This document shows positions 16,916-26,440 of a stretch of DNA of 31,702 bases, in pieces. Below the pieces are notes generated by a model. It was not told where the DNA came from and searched no databases. It saw only the letters and a program-made list of their open reading frames with translations. Made by a program: the position numbers and the translations under genes. How positions within the stretch are numbered: the stretch's first letter is position 1; each line of letters begins with the position of its first letter. Source of the stretch: Alphaproteobacteria bacterium (lineage in GTDB: Bacteria > Pseudomonadota > Alphaproteobacteria > Bin95); NCBI GenBank assembly GCA_038135395.1, contig JAYPXD010000004.1, forward strand, positions 1-31,702, in the 5' to 3' direction.

Positions 16916-19894
16916 TCAGCCTCCGCCCCCAGCAAACGATGCGGGCGGCACCTGCCAAAACGGCGCGCGCAGAAGATCGGTACGGCCGGTAATCACGGGC
17001 CGCTGGCGATCACTGGACCGACGCACGACCTCTTCATCGAGCCAGGGTCGAAGCTCGGCCAGAGTGAGGGCGCCTTGAAATTGCCGATTGCTGAACTTCC
17101 CCGGAGACCGCAGGGCTTCCAGCAACACGCTGGTGAATACGCCATGGCCCAGAGCCCTGGATTCCCGCGCCGTTTGATCAACGGAGGATGCCGCCAACAG
17201 CACCAGCCCGTCGTCCAGCTCCATCAAGCGCTCGGCATAAGCGCGAACAGCGGCAAGCGGCAGAGGGTGATCGGCCTTTGCGGACGGATCGTCCGCGCCG
17301 CGCAAGCGCATGGCGGTGCGGGTGGCAAGGTTGCCTGCATAACAGGTGTCCATAACCAGAACCTTTTTTCCGCGAATGCCCCGCAGGTGGGATTCCAGAT
17401 CGCTTTCGGAAATATGAACCGAATGCGGGTAAGCATCGTTGAAATCCCAAGGCAGGAAATAATAATTGTAAAGCCTGTCCGCCTGCGCATGCCCCGAAAA
17501 GTAGATCACCGACCAGTCTCCAGGCTTTACCTTGCGTTGTAAATCAGCCAGCGCCATCAAAATATTGGATCTTGTCGCCTGATTGTCTGTCATCAGTTGC
17601 ACATCGATTTTATCATAAATCTGATTCTGGGTTGACTTTACCAGGTCGGCGAATACGACGGCATCCTCGACCGCGTAATCCAGTTCCCAGCGGTTTTCCT
17701 TGTACTTGTTGATGCCAATCGCCAGCACATGCAGGTTGGGCCGCGAGAAATTAACGGTGGCAGATTGGCTGCGCTCGCCGGCAAGCGCCAATTGCGCCGA
17801 GCCCTCAAGGGCATGGGGCAACCGTACGACCATGGCATAGCGCACCGATCCCACTGGCACCGCATCGGGGGCGCAGCCAGGATCGCTTTGTGCGCTCAAA
17901 ATTCGCGCCTGGTCGCTCGGCTCCGGTGCTGCTTCGGCCGGAGCAAACACGCCTGCTGACCCCGCGGGCGCGCCGATCCGCACAATCCGACCGTCTTCCG
18001 GGACAAGCACCAAGGGCCGAGACGGGTCCTGAACATCAACGCACAGTTCGAATTCAAGCGGATCGCCTTGCTGCGGCGCAAATCGTCGAACCTTGAGCGG
18101 CGGTTCGGGCTGCAACACCGCAGTATCGCGAACCGTTAGGCTGTATGCCATGCCACCGGTCGCCGAGGCGTTATGCGTGGCGATGCCAAGCCGATGGTTG
18201 TGCGACAAAGCCAGCGCTACGACAGGCGCCGCAAAAAGCTGCGGCGACCCGACCTGCGCCCACCGATCCGCGCGCAAGCTGTACTTCCGTAGCTCCGATC
18301 CCTCGCCCGCTTGATGCCCGGCCTGGGCTAACGCGACATAGAGGCTAACTCCATCGGCCGACAGCGCATAGGCTTGCAACCGCCCGCCATCGAAATCCAG
18401 CGGCGCCGTCGCCGGTGCAATCGTGATCGCGTTGTCCGCACCATGGATTAAGAGCCGCGCCGCCTGCGCCCTGCCGGGCCGAGGCAAAACGCAGCCCAAA
18501 TCCGAGAGCCGCCCTGCGACAAAGGTCATCGGCAACCCGCCTCCGCCCGGCCACAAACAGGCCGTTTCTGCCGTCGCTCCGATGCGCAGCTGCACGGTAG
18601 CATACGGCCGTGCCTCCAATGCAAAAAAGGCATTCGCTACGATCTGGCCGGCGGGGCCCTTTTCATAGCCGTGCCCGGCCTTCACCAACAGGAGCCGGCT
18701 CGCTCCATCCCGGGTCACGATGTATTGTTCGTTGCCGCCGTCTGATGCCCTGCGCCAAGGCGACGGCATGACGGTAATTCCGCGTAATTCGGCACGCAGG
18801 CCAATCAGTTCCGTAAAGTTGCTGCCGCGAAGCGCAACCGATCGGGCGCCCTTTGATCGGTCGTCTGGGCCGGGCACCCGCCAGCGTTCCACTTGGTCCG
18901 TCACCTGCGCAGGGAATTTTGCGCCGGACACGACGCCTCCCACGAACAAAAAATCATCGCCGCCGCCCTCATGCAGCCATGCCATCGCCCGGACGCCATC
19001 GGCGCCGAAGCGGGCCCGGGTGCGTATCGTTGCTTTTAGATCGGCCGGTCCACCGGCCAATTGCGCGCCGCCGGAGCGATGTTTTAGATCCCCATAAACC
19101 GAGATCGTGTCGCTATGGGCCAGCGCCATTTGCCATCCAGCCGATGCAGCCGCACCAAAGGCCACGGCCGCATGTGGTGGAACGTCGAGCACTGCCTCAC
19201 CCCCGGTCGCCGAATAGAGCCGTAGTTGCTTGTCTGTAATAACTTGCAGTGCATTTTCACCCGCGTATCCGGCCCAGCGGCAAGGCGCGCCATAGCCCGG
19301 GCCGGAGACCGGCGCCGCCGTCCGGCGGTGATAATCCAGCGACCAGCGCCGAACACCGTCAGGGCCCATACACCCGGCCACTTCGTCCGCGGCGGGCGAC
19401 GCCGTCAGCAGAGCGAACTCGCCAAGCAAATTTTCTTTCTCAATCAACAGCGTGCGCCGCCGCCAATCGTACACCCTCAGCCAACTGAACCCGGATGATC
19501 CAATGCCGGCGATATACAACCCGCAATCGGGCTGTCGGGGGTTGTCGGGCCCGTCGCAGCGCGCCTCGCCAAACGCAAGCGCGGACACTGGCCCGGGCAG
19601 TTCCTCGCCATCCACGATGCCGATTGCCAACCCGTCCTGGGACAGTTTCGCGCCCAGCGGACCGCCGTCAGGCATCAACCGCCAAATATAGACAACGCCA
19701 TTGGCGTCGCCCGTCGCCAAAACCCCTTGCCGCGGCGCACTGGCCATGGCCTCTATCTGTGCCGTGTGCCCGTGAAAGTCCGTCACGTAGGATGTGGCGG
19801 GATCGGCCGCGGGTGGCACGCCCGCCATAGCGCCGCATCCCCAGACGATCCCCACCACGAGACCCAGCACCAGGCGGCCAGGGCAAACAGGCAT
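16916..19894 (-). CDS. Caspase family (peptidase C14) protein with N-terminal signal peptide and degenerate WD40/beta-propeller region
   Basis: 992 aa; RBS GAGGA. WD-like GHTAQIEAMA...LATGDANGVVYIWR. C-terminal LHVLAIGINKY..LDYAVEDA, IYFSGH (His), VMDTCYAG (Cys), LLAASSVDQTARES..LGHGVFTSVLLEAL, QRP. Confidence 0.85.
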   Translation of the reverse strand: MPVCPGRLVLGLVVGIVWGCGAMAGVPPAADPATSYVTDFHGHTAQIEAMASAPRQGVLATGDANGVVYIWRLMPDGGPLGAKLSQDGLAIGIVDGEELPGPVSALAFGEARCDGPDNPRQPDCGLYIAGIGSSGFSWLRVYDWRRRTLLIEKENLLGEFALLTASPAADEVAGCMGPDGVRRWSLDYHRRTAAPVSGPGYGAPCRWAGYAGENALQVITDKQLRLYSATGGEAVLDVPPHAAVAFGAAASAGWQMALAHSDTISVYGDLKHRSGGAQLAGGPADLKATIRTRARFGADGVRAMAWLHEGGGDDFLFVGGVVSGAKFPAQVTDQVERWRVPGPDDRSKGARSVALRGSNFTELIGLRAELRGITVMPSPWRRASDGGNEQYIVTRDGASRLLLVKAGHGYEKGPAGQIVANAFFALEARPYATVQLRIGATAETACLWPGGGGLPMTFVAGRLSDLGCVLPRPGRAQAARLLIHGADNAITIAPATAPLDFDGGRLQAYALSADGVSLYVALAQAGHQAGEGSELRKYSLRADRWAQVGSPQLFAAPVVALALSHNHRLGIATHNASATGGMAYSLTVRDTAVLQPEPPLKVRRFAPQQGDPLEFELCVDVQDPSRPLVLVPEDGRIVRIGAPAGSAGVFAPAEAAPEPSDQARILSAQSDPGCAPDAVPVGSVRYAMVVRLPHALEGSAQLALAGERSQSATVNFSRPNLHVLAIGINKYKENRWELDYAVEDAVVFADLVKSTQNQIYDKIDVQLMTDNQATRSNILMALADLQRKVKPGDWSVIYFSGHAQADRLYNYYFLPWDFNDAYPHSVHISESDLESHLRGIRGKKVLVMDTCYAGNLATRTAMRLRGADDPSAKADHPLPLAAVRAYAERLMELDDGLVLLAASSVDQTARESRALGHGVFTSVLLEALRSPGKFSNRQFQGALTLAELRPWLDEEVVRRSSDRQRPVITGRTDLLRAPFWQVPPASFAGGGG

Positions 19895-19956
19895 TCGCAG
19901 GTCCTCACTTGCGCTGACGATACGGAAAGGCCTGCCACTGGGATAAGCGGTGAATG

Positions 19957-19972
19957 GTTAACAGTTCATTAA
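19957..19972 (-). promoter_or_regulatory. CtrA binding site (full consensus) upstream of the caspase gene
   Basis: The minus strand reads TTAA-TGAACTG-TTAAC (TTAA-N7-TTAAC), about 63 nt upstream of ATG 19894. It is the only TTAA-N7-TTAA I found in the window. Confidence 0.65.
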
Positions 19973-20040
19973 GCCCGCGCCGATTGGAGCGTAAACCGCG
20001 TCCGGCACCGATGCAGCGGATTTCCTGCCGCGGACCGGCG

Positions 20041-21069
20041 CTAAAGCGCCGCCCGAACCTTTGGAAATACCTCCTTCGCCAGCAGGTCGAAGGTTTCCAG
20101 CACCTGGGTCTGGGGCATGCCGACGCCCTGGACGCTCATGATGATGTGGTTGACGCCCAGTTCCTCGTTGTAGCGCAGCATCTCCGCCGCCACGCTGTCC
20201 GGATCGCCGACAATGAAGCGGTCGCGCGCCAGTTCGTCGTAGGCCATGGAGATGTCGTTGTCGTCGGCAGCCATCCGCTTGTCTTGGCCCCAGTCGATAT
20301 AGGCATCGTACATGGCTTTCATGTAGGGGCCGGCGATGCGCACGGCTTCCTCATACGTCGGCGCGCAGAAGACCTCGCGGCGGATCGGCACTTCGTCTGG
20401 GAAAGGCTTGCCGAGCCGGTCCAGCTCCTCGCGATACAAAGCCATCTGGCGCTTCAGGGTCGGCAGTTTTTGGTGCGGGTTCAGGTACCAGCAGTCAGCG
20501 ACGCGGGCGGCGCGCTTCACCGCGGCATCGACGTTGGCGCCCATCCAGATCGGCGGGTGCGGCTGCTGCACGAAGGGGACGGAGATGCTTGCGTCCTCCA
20601 GCGAGAAGTGCGAGCCCTGCATGGTCACGCTCTCCTCGGTCCAGAGGCGCTTCACCGCCTCCAGGTTCTCCATGAAGCGGGCAAGGCCCTTGCCCTCCGG
20701 CACGCCGAAACCGTTGAACTCCACCGGGCGGTAACCAAGGGCGCAGCCGAAAATCATCTTGCCGTTGCTCATGCAGTCCATGGTGGCGAAATACTCGGCC
20801 ACCTCCAGCGGCTGATGCAGCGCCAGCAGCACGATGCCGGCGTTGAGGCGCAGGTTCGGCGCCTCCGCCATGACGCGGCTGAGATAGGGGATCTGCATGA
20901 ACTCGCGATGTGGCCGGGTCGCAAAATGGCTGCCGGTGGTCAGCGAGTCATAGCCAAGCGCGTTCAGGGCGCGCGCCTGCTCCATCAATTCCTTGAACCG
21001 GGCGTGCATGTTGTCGTGCCACTCGAACACGCCGCGTTGCATAACGCCGAATTGCATTTTGGGGAGCAT
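20041..21069 (-). CDS. LLM (luciferase-like) class flavin-dependent oxidoreductase
   Basis: ALGYDSLTTGSH, LLALHQPLEVAE..ATMD, FGCALGYRPVEF, PFVQQPHPPIWMGA, FIVGDPDSVA, LLAKEVFP; RBS GGAAGGA before ATG 21069. Confidence 0.88.
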   Translation of the reverse strand: MLPKMQFGVMQRGVFEWHDNMHARFKELMEQARALNALGYDSLTTGSHFATRPHREFMQIPYLSRVMAEAPNLRLNAGIVLLALHQPLEVAEYFATMDCMSNGKMIFGCALGYRPVEFNGFGVPEGKGLARFMENLEAVKRLWTEESVTMQGSHFSLEDASISVPFVQQPHPPIWMGANVDAAVKRAARVADCWYLNPHQKLPTLKRQMALYREELDRLGKPFPDEVPIRREVFCAPTYEEAVRIAGPYMKAMYDAYIDWGQDKRMAADDNDISMAYDELARDRFIVGDPDSVAAEMLRYNEELGVNHIIMSVQGVGMPQTQVLETFDLLAKEVFPKVRAAL

Positions 21070-21183
21070 GGGATACCGGTCCTTCCTGTTCTGCACCGTG
21101 CAGGCATTGATAGCCGCTCGCCGCCCGGCTGAGTAGCCTTGGCGCGACGCCATTCGCACTGAACTGGAGAACAAAAGGCCGGT

Positions 21184-21258
21184 TGGTAGCGGGAGAGGGA
21201 TTTGAACCCCCGACCAAGGGATTATGATTCCCCTGCTCTACCGCTGAGCTATCCCGCC
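21184..21258 (-). tRNA. tRNA-Met (CAT), elongator type, CCA encoded
   Basis: GGCGGGA TA GCTC AGCGGTA GAGC A GGGGA ATCATAA TCCCT TGGTC GGGGG TTCAAAT CCCTC TCCCGCT A CCA folds as a cloverleaf. It lacks the initiator C1xA72 mismatch. Elongator Met versus Ile2 is judged from recalled alphaproteobacterial sequences. Confidence 0.92.
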
Positions 21259-21308
21259 AACCGAGGCCAAGCGCATCGTCCGGAAAACCGGGCAAGCGCG
21301 AGAGGCCG

Positions 21309-21908
21309 TTATATGCCGACAGCCGGCGGCGCTGTCAACGGCTGCAGTCCAGGTTTTTGCCGGTGCCAGATCAGCGCACGTTCGGTCACGACCAAGTCCA
21401 TCGGGATGTCGTGCGGCTGCGGGCCGATGGACGGCAGCACGGCGTGGCTCCAGCCAACGCCGACGGCAAGCGGCCGCGGCGTCAATGCCGCCAGCGTCCG
21501 GTCATAAAAACCGCCGCCATTGCCAAGACGATAGCCGGCGCAGTCGTAGCCCAGACAGGGGATCAGCAGGACAGTCGGCACTGCGGTCCGGGGCGTATCG
21601 GGCACCGGTATATTCCATACTCCCGCCCGCATCGCGCAGCCGGGCGTCCAGGGGCGGAAGGTCAGCGGCTGGCCCTTTACCGTGTCGGGCAAGGCAGCGC
21701 ACGCACCGGCCGCGACCCAGCGGGACGCCGCCTCCCGCAGATCGGGCTCGCCGGGCAGCGGCCAGGTGAAGGCAAAGCTGGCGGAGCGCAGACCGGGAAG
21801 CGCCTGGTCCAGCCGGCGGGCAATCTTTGCCGAAGCTGCCGCGATCCATTCCGGCGGCAGCGCCCGTTGCAGGGCGCGCAGATGTTCGCGGGCGTCGCGC
21901 CGCGTCAC
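21309..21908 (-). CDS. ygfA: 5-formyltetrahydrofolate cyclo-ligase
   Basis: [48 protein letters not shown]; GTG start overlaps the mnmA stop (GTGA). Confidence 0.88.
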   Translation of the reverse strand: MTRRDAREHLRALQRALPPEWIAAASAKIARRLDQALPGLRSASFAFTWPLPGEPDLREAASRWVAAGACAALPDTVKGQPLTFRPWTPGCAMRAGVWNIPVPDTPRTAVPTVLLIPCLGYDCAGYRLGNGGGFYDRTLAALTPRPLAVGVGWSHAVLPSIGPQPHDIPMDLVVTERALIWHRQKPGLQPLTAPPAVGI

Positions 21909-23065
21909 GCCGGCGGCTCCTCCGCCGTTTCGGCGATCCAGCCGCCGCCCAGAACCCGGCTGCCGTCAAAAGCGACACAGGCCTGGCCGGGGGAAATACC
22001 GAACTCCGGCGCATCCAGCGCCACATGCGCCCCATCGTCGGCGCCACGCCATAGCAAGGCGGCAACCGGCGGCATGGTCGAGCGCAGCTTGACCTGGCAC
22101 CGGATCGGCTCCAGCTCCAGCGGCGCATCGCCCAGCCAGTTGACCTCGCTGACCCGCACATAGCGCCGACCCAGCGCGGCCCTGGGGCCAACCACGACCT
22201 GACGGGTAGCAGCGTCCAGGCGCAGCACATAGAGCGGCTCGCCAGCGCCATCGGTATTGCCGAGATGAAGGCCGCGGCGCTGGCCGATGGTGAAGTGCAG
22301 AATGCCCTTGTGCGCGCCCAGCACCCGGCCGTCGCGATCGACGATCTCACCCGGCTCGGCAGCGCCGGGGCGCAGTTTTTCGACCACGTCGGCATAACGG
22401 CCACCTGGCACGAAGCAGATATCCTGGCTATCCGGCTTCGCCGCCACCGGCAGTCCGAACCGCTCGGCCAGCGCGCGTGTTTCGGTCTTCGGCAGGCCGC
22501 CCAGGGGAAACCGCAGAAAATCCAACTGCTCGCGCGTGGTGGCGAACAGGAAATAGGACTGGTCACGGCTCGGGTCGAGCGCGGCATGCAGTTCCGCACC
22601 TGCCGGGCCGGCGACGCGCTGCACGTAATGGCCGGTGACCAGCGCATCCGCCTCCAGGTCGCGGGCGGTCGCCAGCAGGTCGCGGAACTTGACGGTCTGG
22701 TTGCAGCGCACGCAGGGAATCGGCGTCTCGCCACGCAGATAAGCATCGGCAAAATCGTCGATCACGCTCTGGCGGAACCGGGATTCATAGTCCAGCACGT
22801 AGTGCGGAATGCCCAGGGCGTCCGAGACATTGCGGGCGTCGTGGATATCCTGGCCGGCACAGCAGGCGCCCTTGCGCTCGACAGCAGCGCCATGGTCGTA
22901 GAGTTGCAGCGTAATGCCGATGGTGTCGTACCCGGCGGCGGCCACCAAGGCCGCAGCAACCGAACTATCGACGCCGCCGGACATGGCGACGACCACTCGT
23001 GTCTGGCTGCGCGGCTTGGCGAGGCCCAGGTCAAAGGCGGATGGATGCTCCAGAACCAGAGTCAT
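21905..23065 (-). CDS. mnmA: tRNA 2-thiouridine(34) synthase MnmA
   Basis: [14 protein letters not shown]-loop, [51 protein letters not shown]; ATGA overlap with the tenA stop. Confidence 0.96.
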   Translation of the reverse strand: MTLVLEHPSAFDLGLAKPRSQTRVVVAMSGGVDSSVAAALVAAAGYDTIGITLQLYDHGAAVERKGACCAGQDIHDARNVSDALGIPHYVLDYESRFRQSVIDDFADAYLRGETPIPCVRCNQTVKFRDLLATARDLEADALVTGHYVQRVAGPAGAELHAALDPSRDQSYFLFATTREQLDFLRFPLGGLPKTETRALAERFGLPVAAKPDSQDICFVPGGRYADVVEKLRPGAAEPGEIVDRDGRVLGAHKGILHFTIGQRRGLHLGNTDGAGEPLYVLRLDAATRQVVVGPRAALGRRYVRVSEVNWLGDAPLELEPIRCQVKLRSTMPPVAALLWRGADDGAHVALDAPEFGISPGQACVAFDGSRVLGGGWIAETAEEPPA

Positions 23066-23730
23066 CGGCTTAAACCCATGTCCCAGAAGGCCGCCTCCAA
23101 CCGCGTCGCCTCGCCAAAGATGCCGGCCAGGCTGTTGAATCGGCCCTCGCCGCCGCGGCGGCGCATCAGGCCGTCCAGGTGCTTGATCTGGCGGCGGGCG
23201 GCGCTCTGGTACTCGTCGCTGGCATACATCTCGATCCATGCGCGGTAGGGATTGCCATCGATCCGACCGGCGCTGGCCAACATCGAGCCGATTTCCGCAT
23301 AGCCGACTATGCACGGCGCCAGCGCCACATGCAGGTCCAGTACATCGCCCGCCATGCCGGCTTCCAGCACATAGCGCGTGTAGGCCATAGTCTGCTGCGC
23401 TTCCGGCGTCGCCGCCATGTCCGCTTCGGTCAGGCCCCAGCTTTCGCAATAGGCGACATGCAGGCGCATTTCGGTATCGGCAATGGTATGCAGCCCGGCT
23501 GCGGCCTGGCGAATATCCTCCAAGTCGCGCGACTTGTAGGCCGCCAACGCATAGGCCCGAGCAAAATGAATCAGGAACAGATAGTCCTGCACCAGATAGC
23601 GCTGGAAGCACGCATGCGGCAGTGTTCCGTCGCCGAGTTTCCGCACGAACTCGTGCCGCACATACGCTTGCCAATCGTCCCTGGCCGCGGTCCGCAGACG
23701 GGCGAACAGACTGTCGGCAGCAAAAAGCAT
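23062..23730 (-). CDS. tenA: TenA family aminopyrimidine aminohydrolase (thiaminase II)
   Basis: [13 protein letters not shown]...[12 protein letters not shown], catalytic Cys in [32 protein letters not shown]. Confidence 0.9.
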   Translation of the reverse strand: MLFAADSLFARLRTAARDDWQAYVRHEFVRKLGDGTLPHACFQRYLVQDYLFLIHFARAYALAAYKSRDLEDIRQAAAGLHTIADTEMRLHVAYCESWGLTEADMAATPEAQQTMAYTRYVLEAGMAGDVLDLHVALAPCIVGYAEIGSMLASAGRIDGNPYRAWIEMYASDEYQSAARRQIKHLDGLMRRRGGEGRFNSLAGIFGEATRLEAAFWDMGLSR

Positions 23731-23734
23731 GTGC

Positions 23735-24064
23735 TTATCCAAGCATATTGCGGGTTTCGGAAGGCAGGGTCACCGTGATGCCGTCCAATTCGTCCGTAAT
23801 GATGATCTGACAGCCAAGCCGCGAGGTTTCGGTCAGGCCAAATGCAAGGTCGAGCATGTCCTCCTCGTCCTCGCTGGCCTCGTCCAGACTATCGAACCAT
23901 TCCGGATCGACAATGACGTGACAGGTCGAGCACGCAAGCGAACCTTCGCAAGCGCCTTCGATATCGATGTTGTACTTGCGGGCGATATCCAGCAAGGACA
24001 GTCCCGCAGGCGGCTCCAGCGTGGTGCGCTCGCCATTGGGGGAGATGAAAGTAACTTTCGGCAT
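23735..24064 (-). CDS. fdx: [2Fe-2S] ferredoxin, ISC/adrenodoxin type
   Basis: [15 protein letters not shown] and SRLGCQ, plus [11 protein letters not shown]; RBS GGAGG before ATG 24064. Confidence 0.94.
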   Translation of the reverse strand: MPKVTFISPNGERTTLEPPAGLSLLDIARKYNIDIEGACEGSLACSTCHVIVDPEWFDSLDEASEDEEDMLDLAFGLTETSRLGCQIIITDELDGITVTLPSETRNMLG

Positions 24065-24125
24065 GGCAACCTCCATAGCCGTTTCCCGGCGGTCGGGGCA
24101 AGGGGTGAGGCGCGATTTGCACCCG

Positions 24126-25298
24126 CTATTCAGCCGCAGGGCGAGCCGCGGCCAGCGATTGCGCGGCGCTCACCAGTCTGTCGGCAGCGCGGTCAACCTC
24201 CTCAACCGACGTAGGCCGACCGACCGCCAGACGGATACTGGACCGCGCGTCCGCGTCACTCAGGCCGAGCGCTGCTAACACATAGGACGGATCGATTGCG
24301 GCAGAGGAGCAGGCTGAGCCCGTCGAAAGCGACAGGTCCGGCACGGCTGCCAACAGCGCCTGCGCATCGATTCCGGGAAATGTCAGGTTCAGATTATGCG
24401 GCAATCGGTGCTGCATCGATCCATTCACCCGCAATTGTGGAAACCCAGCCTTGAGCCTCTGCAACAACCGGTCGCGTAACCCGGCGAGGCGTTCAGCGTC
24501 AGTTGTCATGTCCACCGCGGCGACACGCGCCGCCTCGCCCAGGCCTATGCAGAGCGGTGATGGCAAGGTCCCGGACCGCAGGCCGCGCTCTTGTCCACCG
24601 CCGAAGAACAGCGGTTGCAGACGAATTCTCGGGCGGCGGCGGACGTAGAGCGCGCCGATGCCTTTCGGCCCATAAATCTTATGTCCGGAGATGCTGAGCA
24701 GGTCGATATTTTGGGCGGCAACATCCAGTGCCACCTTGCCGAACGCCTGTGCGGCATCGCTATGGAACCACGCGCCCTTCGCCCGGCAGAGCGCCCCGAT
24801 CTCGGCAATGGGCTGCAACACGCCGATTTCGTTGTTGGCGGCCATGACCGAGACCAACGCGGTATCCTCGCAGATCGTCCGCTCCAATAGCGAGAGGTCG
24901 GCCAAACCGTCCGCCTGGACCGGCAGAATATCCAGCCGCAATCCCTCCCTCTCCAACTGGCGCATGCTCTCCAGCACGCATTTGTGCTCGCTTGCCAGCG
25001 TAATCACATGGGTGCGTGGCTTCGGCGCCGTGGCACGGAACCGGCCGGCGCCCAGGAGCGCCATATTGTTCGCTTCGGTCGCGCCGGAGGTGAACACAAC
25101 TTCCCGTGCCTCCGCGCCGATTACCGCGGCAATCTCCCCGCGGGCTTCCTCGACCCGAGCCTCTATGGCCCGCCCGGCAGCATGCTCCGCGGAATGGGGG
25201 TTGGCGAACAATTCGCCGAAATACGGCAACATCACCTCCAGCACACGCGGATCGGTGGGAGTGGTCGCCTGGTAGTCAAGATAGATCGGCATATTCAT
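24126..25298 (-). CDS. iscS: Cysteine desulfurase (IscS type)
   Basis: [30 protein letters not shown] lysine in [24 protein letters not shown], catalytic Cys in STGSACSS. Confidence 0.92.
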   Translation of the reverse strand: MNMPIYLDYQATTPTDPRVLEVMLPYFGELFANPHSAEHAAGRAIEARVEEARGEIAAVIGAEAREVVFTSGATEANNMALLGAGRFRATAPKPRTHVITLASEHKCVLESMRQLEREGLRLDILPVQADGLADLSLLERTICEDTALVSVMAANNEIGVLQPIAEIGALCRAKGAWFHSDAAQAFGKVALDVAAQNIDLLSISGHKIYGPKGIGALYVRRRPRIRLQPLFFGGGQERGLRSGTLPSPLCIGLGEAARVAAVDMTTDAERLAGLRDRLLQRLKAGFPQLRVNGSMQHRLPHNLNLTFPGIDAQALLAAVPDLSLSTGSACSSAAIDPSYVLAALGLSDADARSSIRLAVGRPTSVEEVDRAADRLVSAAQSLAAARPAAE

Positions 25299-25339
25299 AG
25301 GCCAACACATAAGGTCTGGCCGGGCGTCTGTCACGCCTC

Positions 25340-26440
25340 TCAAGCCGCCTGTCTGCGTCCGTACAACAGCTTCCACTGGGCTGCAAAGGCGTCGATCTCT
25401 TCGACTGTCGTCCCAGAGCCAAAACTGACGCGGATCGCCGTGGCAGCCAGCTCCGGCGCCACGCCCATCGCCAGCAACACCGGGCTTGCCTGCACCTTGC
25501 CGCTGGAGCAGGCAGCACCGGCGCTGACGCAAAATCCGGCAAGGTCAAAGGCCATCACCTGGGTTTCCGCCGCGACGCCCGGCATGGCGATGCAAACCGT
25601 GTTGGCCAGCCGGGGCGCATCCTGTCCAAACACCACAGCATCCGGTCGAAGCGCGGCTTCCAGCCCTTTGCGCAGTACGGACTGGCGATCGCAATCCGCA
25701 AGCATGTCCCCAAGACAATCGAGCGCGGCACCAAAACCCGCTATGCCGGCCAAGTTTTCGGTGCCGGGCCGCCTGCCCTGTTCCTGGCCGCCGGCGGCGC
25801 GGGTGCTGGACAACAGCATGCCGTTCGCCAGAACCAACGCGCCAACTCCAGCCGGGCCACCCACCTTGTGCGCAGAGAGGCTCAACAGGTCGACGCCGAG
25901 CGCCGCCATGTCGACAGGGGTTTTGCCAAAGCCCTGAACCGCATCACAGTGCAGGATTGCGCCGGCCGCATGCGCAATGGCGGCAGCTTCTGCCACTGGC
26001 TGCAGGACACCGGTTTCATTGTTGGCAAGCATCAACGAGACAATAGCGCCCGCGCCGTCCTCAGCCAACGCAGCCCGCAGCGCCTGAAGATCCAGCCGAC
26101 CGTCGGCATCGACGGGCAACAGATTGCCCGGCGGGCAATACACCGTCACCGCCGGGTGTTCGACTGCGCTTGCCAATACCCGCGGCTTGCCGGAGGCGGT
26201 CAGGGCCAAGCGGTTGGCTTCCGTCCCGCCGCTGGTGAAGATGACATTCGCTGGCTTCGACCCCACGGCCAGAGCGACTTTGCCGCGAACGTCCTCAATC
26301 AATCGCCGCGCCGCGCGGCCTTTCGCATGGACTGAGGACGCGTTGCCGCCAAGCGCGACAGCATCCGCCATTGCCCGTGCAACGCCCGGGGCCGCAGGAG
26401 CAGTGGCGTTGTAGTCGAGATAAACAGCCGTTCTGGTCAT
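25340..26440 (-). CDS. Second cysteine desulfurase (NifS/IscS-like)
   Basis: VYLDYNATAP, GNASSVH, FTSGGTEAN, HCDAVQ, SAHKVGGPAGVG, GGQEQGRRPGTEN, SAGAACSSGK. Confidence 0.92.
   Translation of the reverse strand: MTRTAVYLDYNATAPAAPGVARAMADAVALGGNASSVHAKGRAARRLIEDVRGKVALAVGSKPANVIFTSGGTEANRLALTASGKPRVLASAVEHPAVTVYCPPGNLLPVDADGRLDLQALRAALAEDGAGAIVSLMLANNETGVLQPVAEAAAIAHAAGAILHCDAVQGFGKTPVDMAALGVDLLSLSAHKVGGPAGVGALVLANGMLLSSTRAAGGQEQGRRPGTENLAGIAGFGAALDCLGDMLADCDRQSVLRKGLEAALRPDAVVFGQDAPRLANTVCIAMPGVAAETQVMAFDLAGFCVSAGAACSSGKVQASPVLLAMGVAPELAATAIRVSFGSGTTVEEIDAFAAQWKLLYGRRQAA

Noticed and set aside
21221-21229. Purine (A) at position 32 of the tRNA anticodon loop, and a G1-U72 pair
   Set aside because: Unusual for tRNAs in general, but as I recall GGAATCATAATCC is the normal alphaproteobacterial elongator tRNA-Met pattern, so it is not novel.
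19895-21258. Genomic island or prophage integrated at tRNA-Met
   Set aside because: No integrase, transposase or phage gene, and I found no direct repeat of the tRNA 3' end in the window.
21909-21960. Possible 6S RNA (ssrS), which often precedes ygfA
   Set aside because: There is no intergenic space: mnmA overlaps the ygfA start.
21184-23065. tRNA adjacent to mnmA as a possible enzyme-substrate cluster
   Set aside because: MnmA thiolates U34 of tRNA-Lys/Glu/Gln. This tRNA has C34 (CAT), so it is not a substrate.
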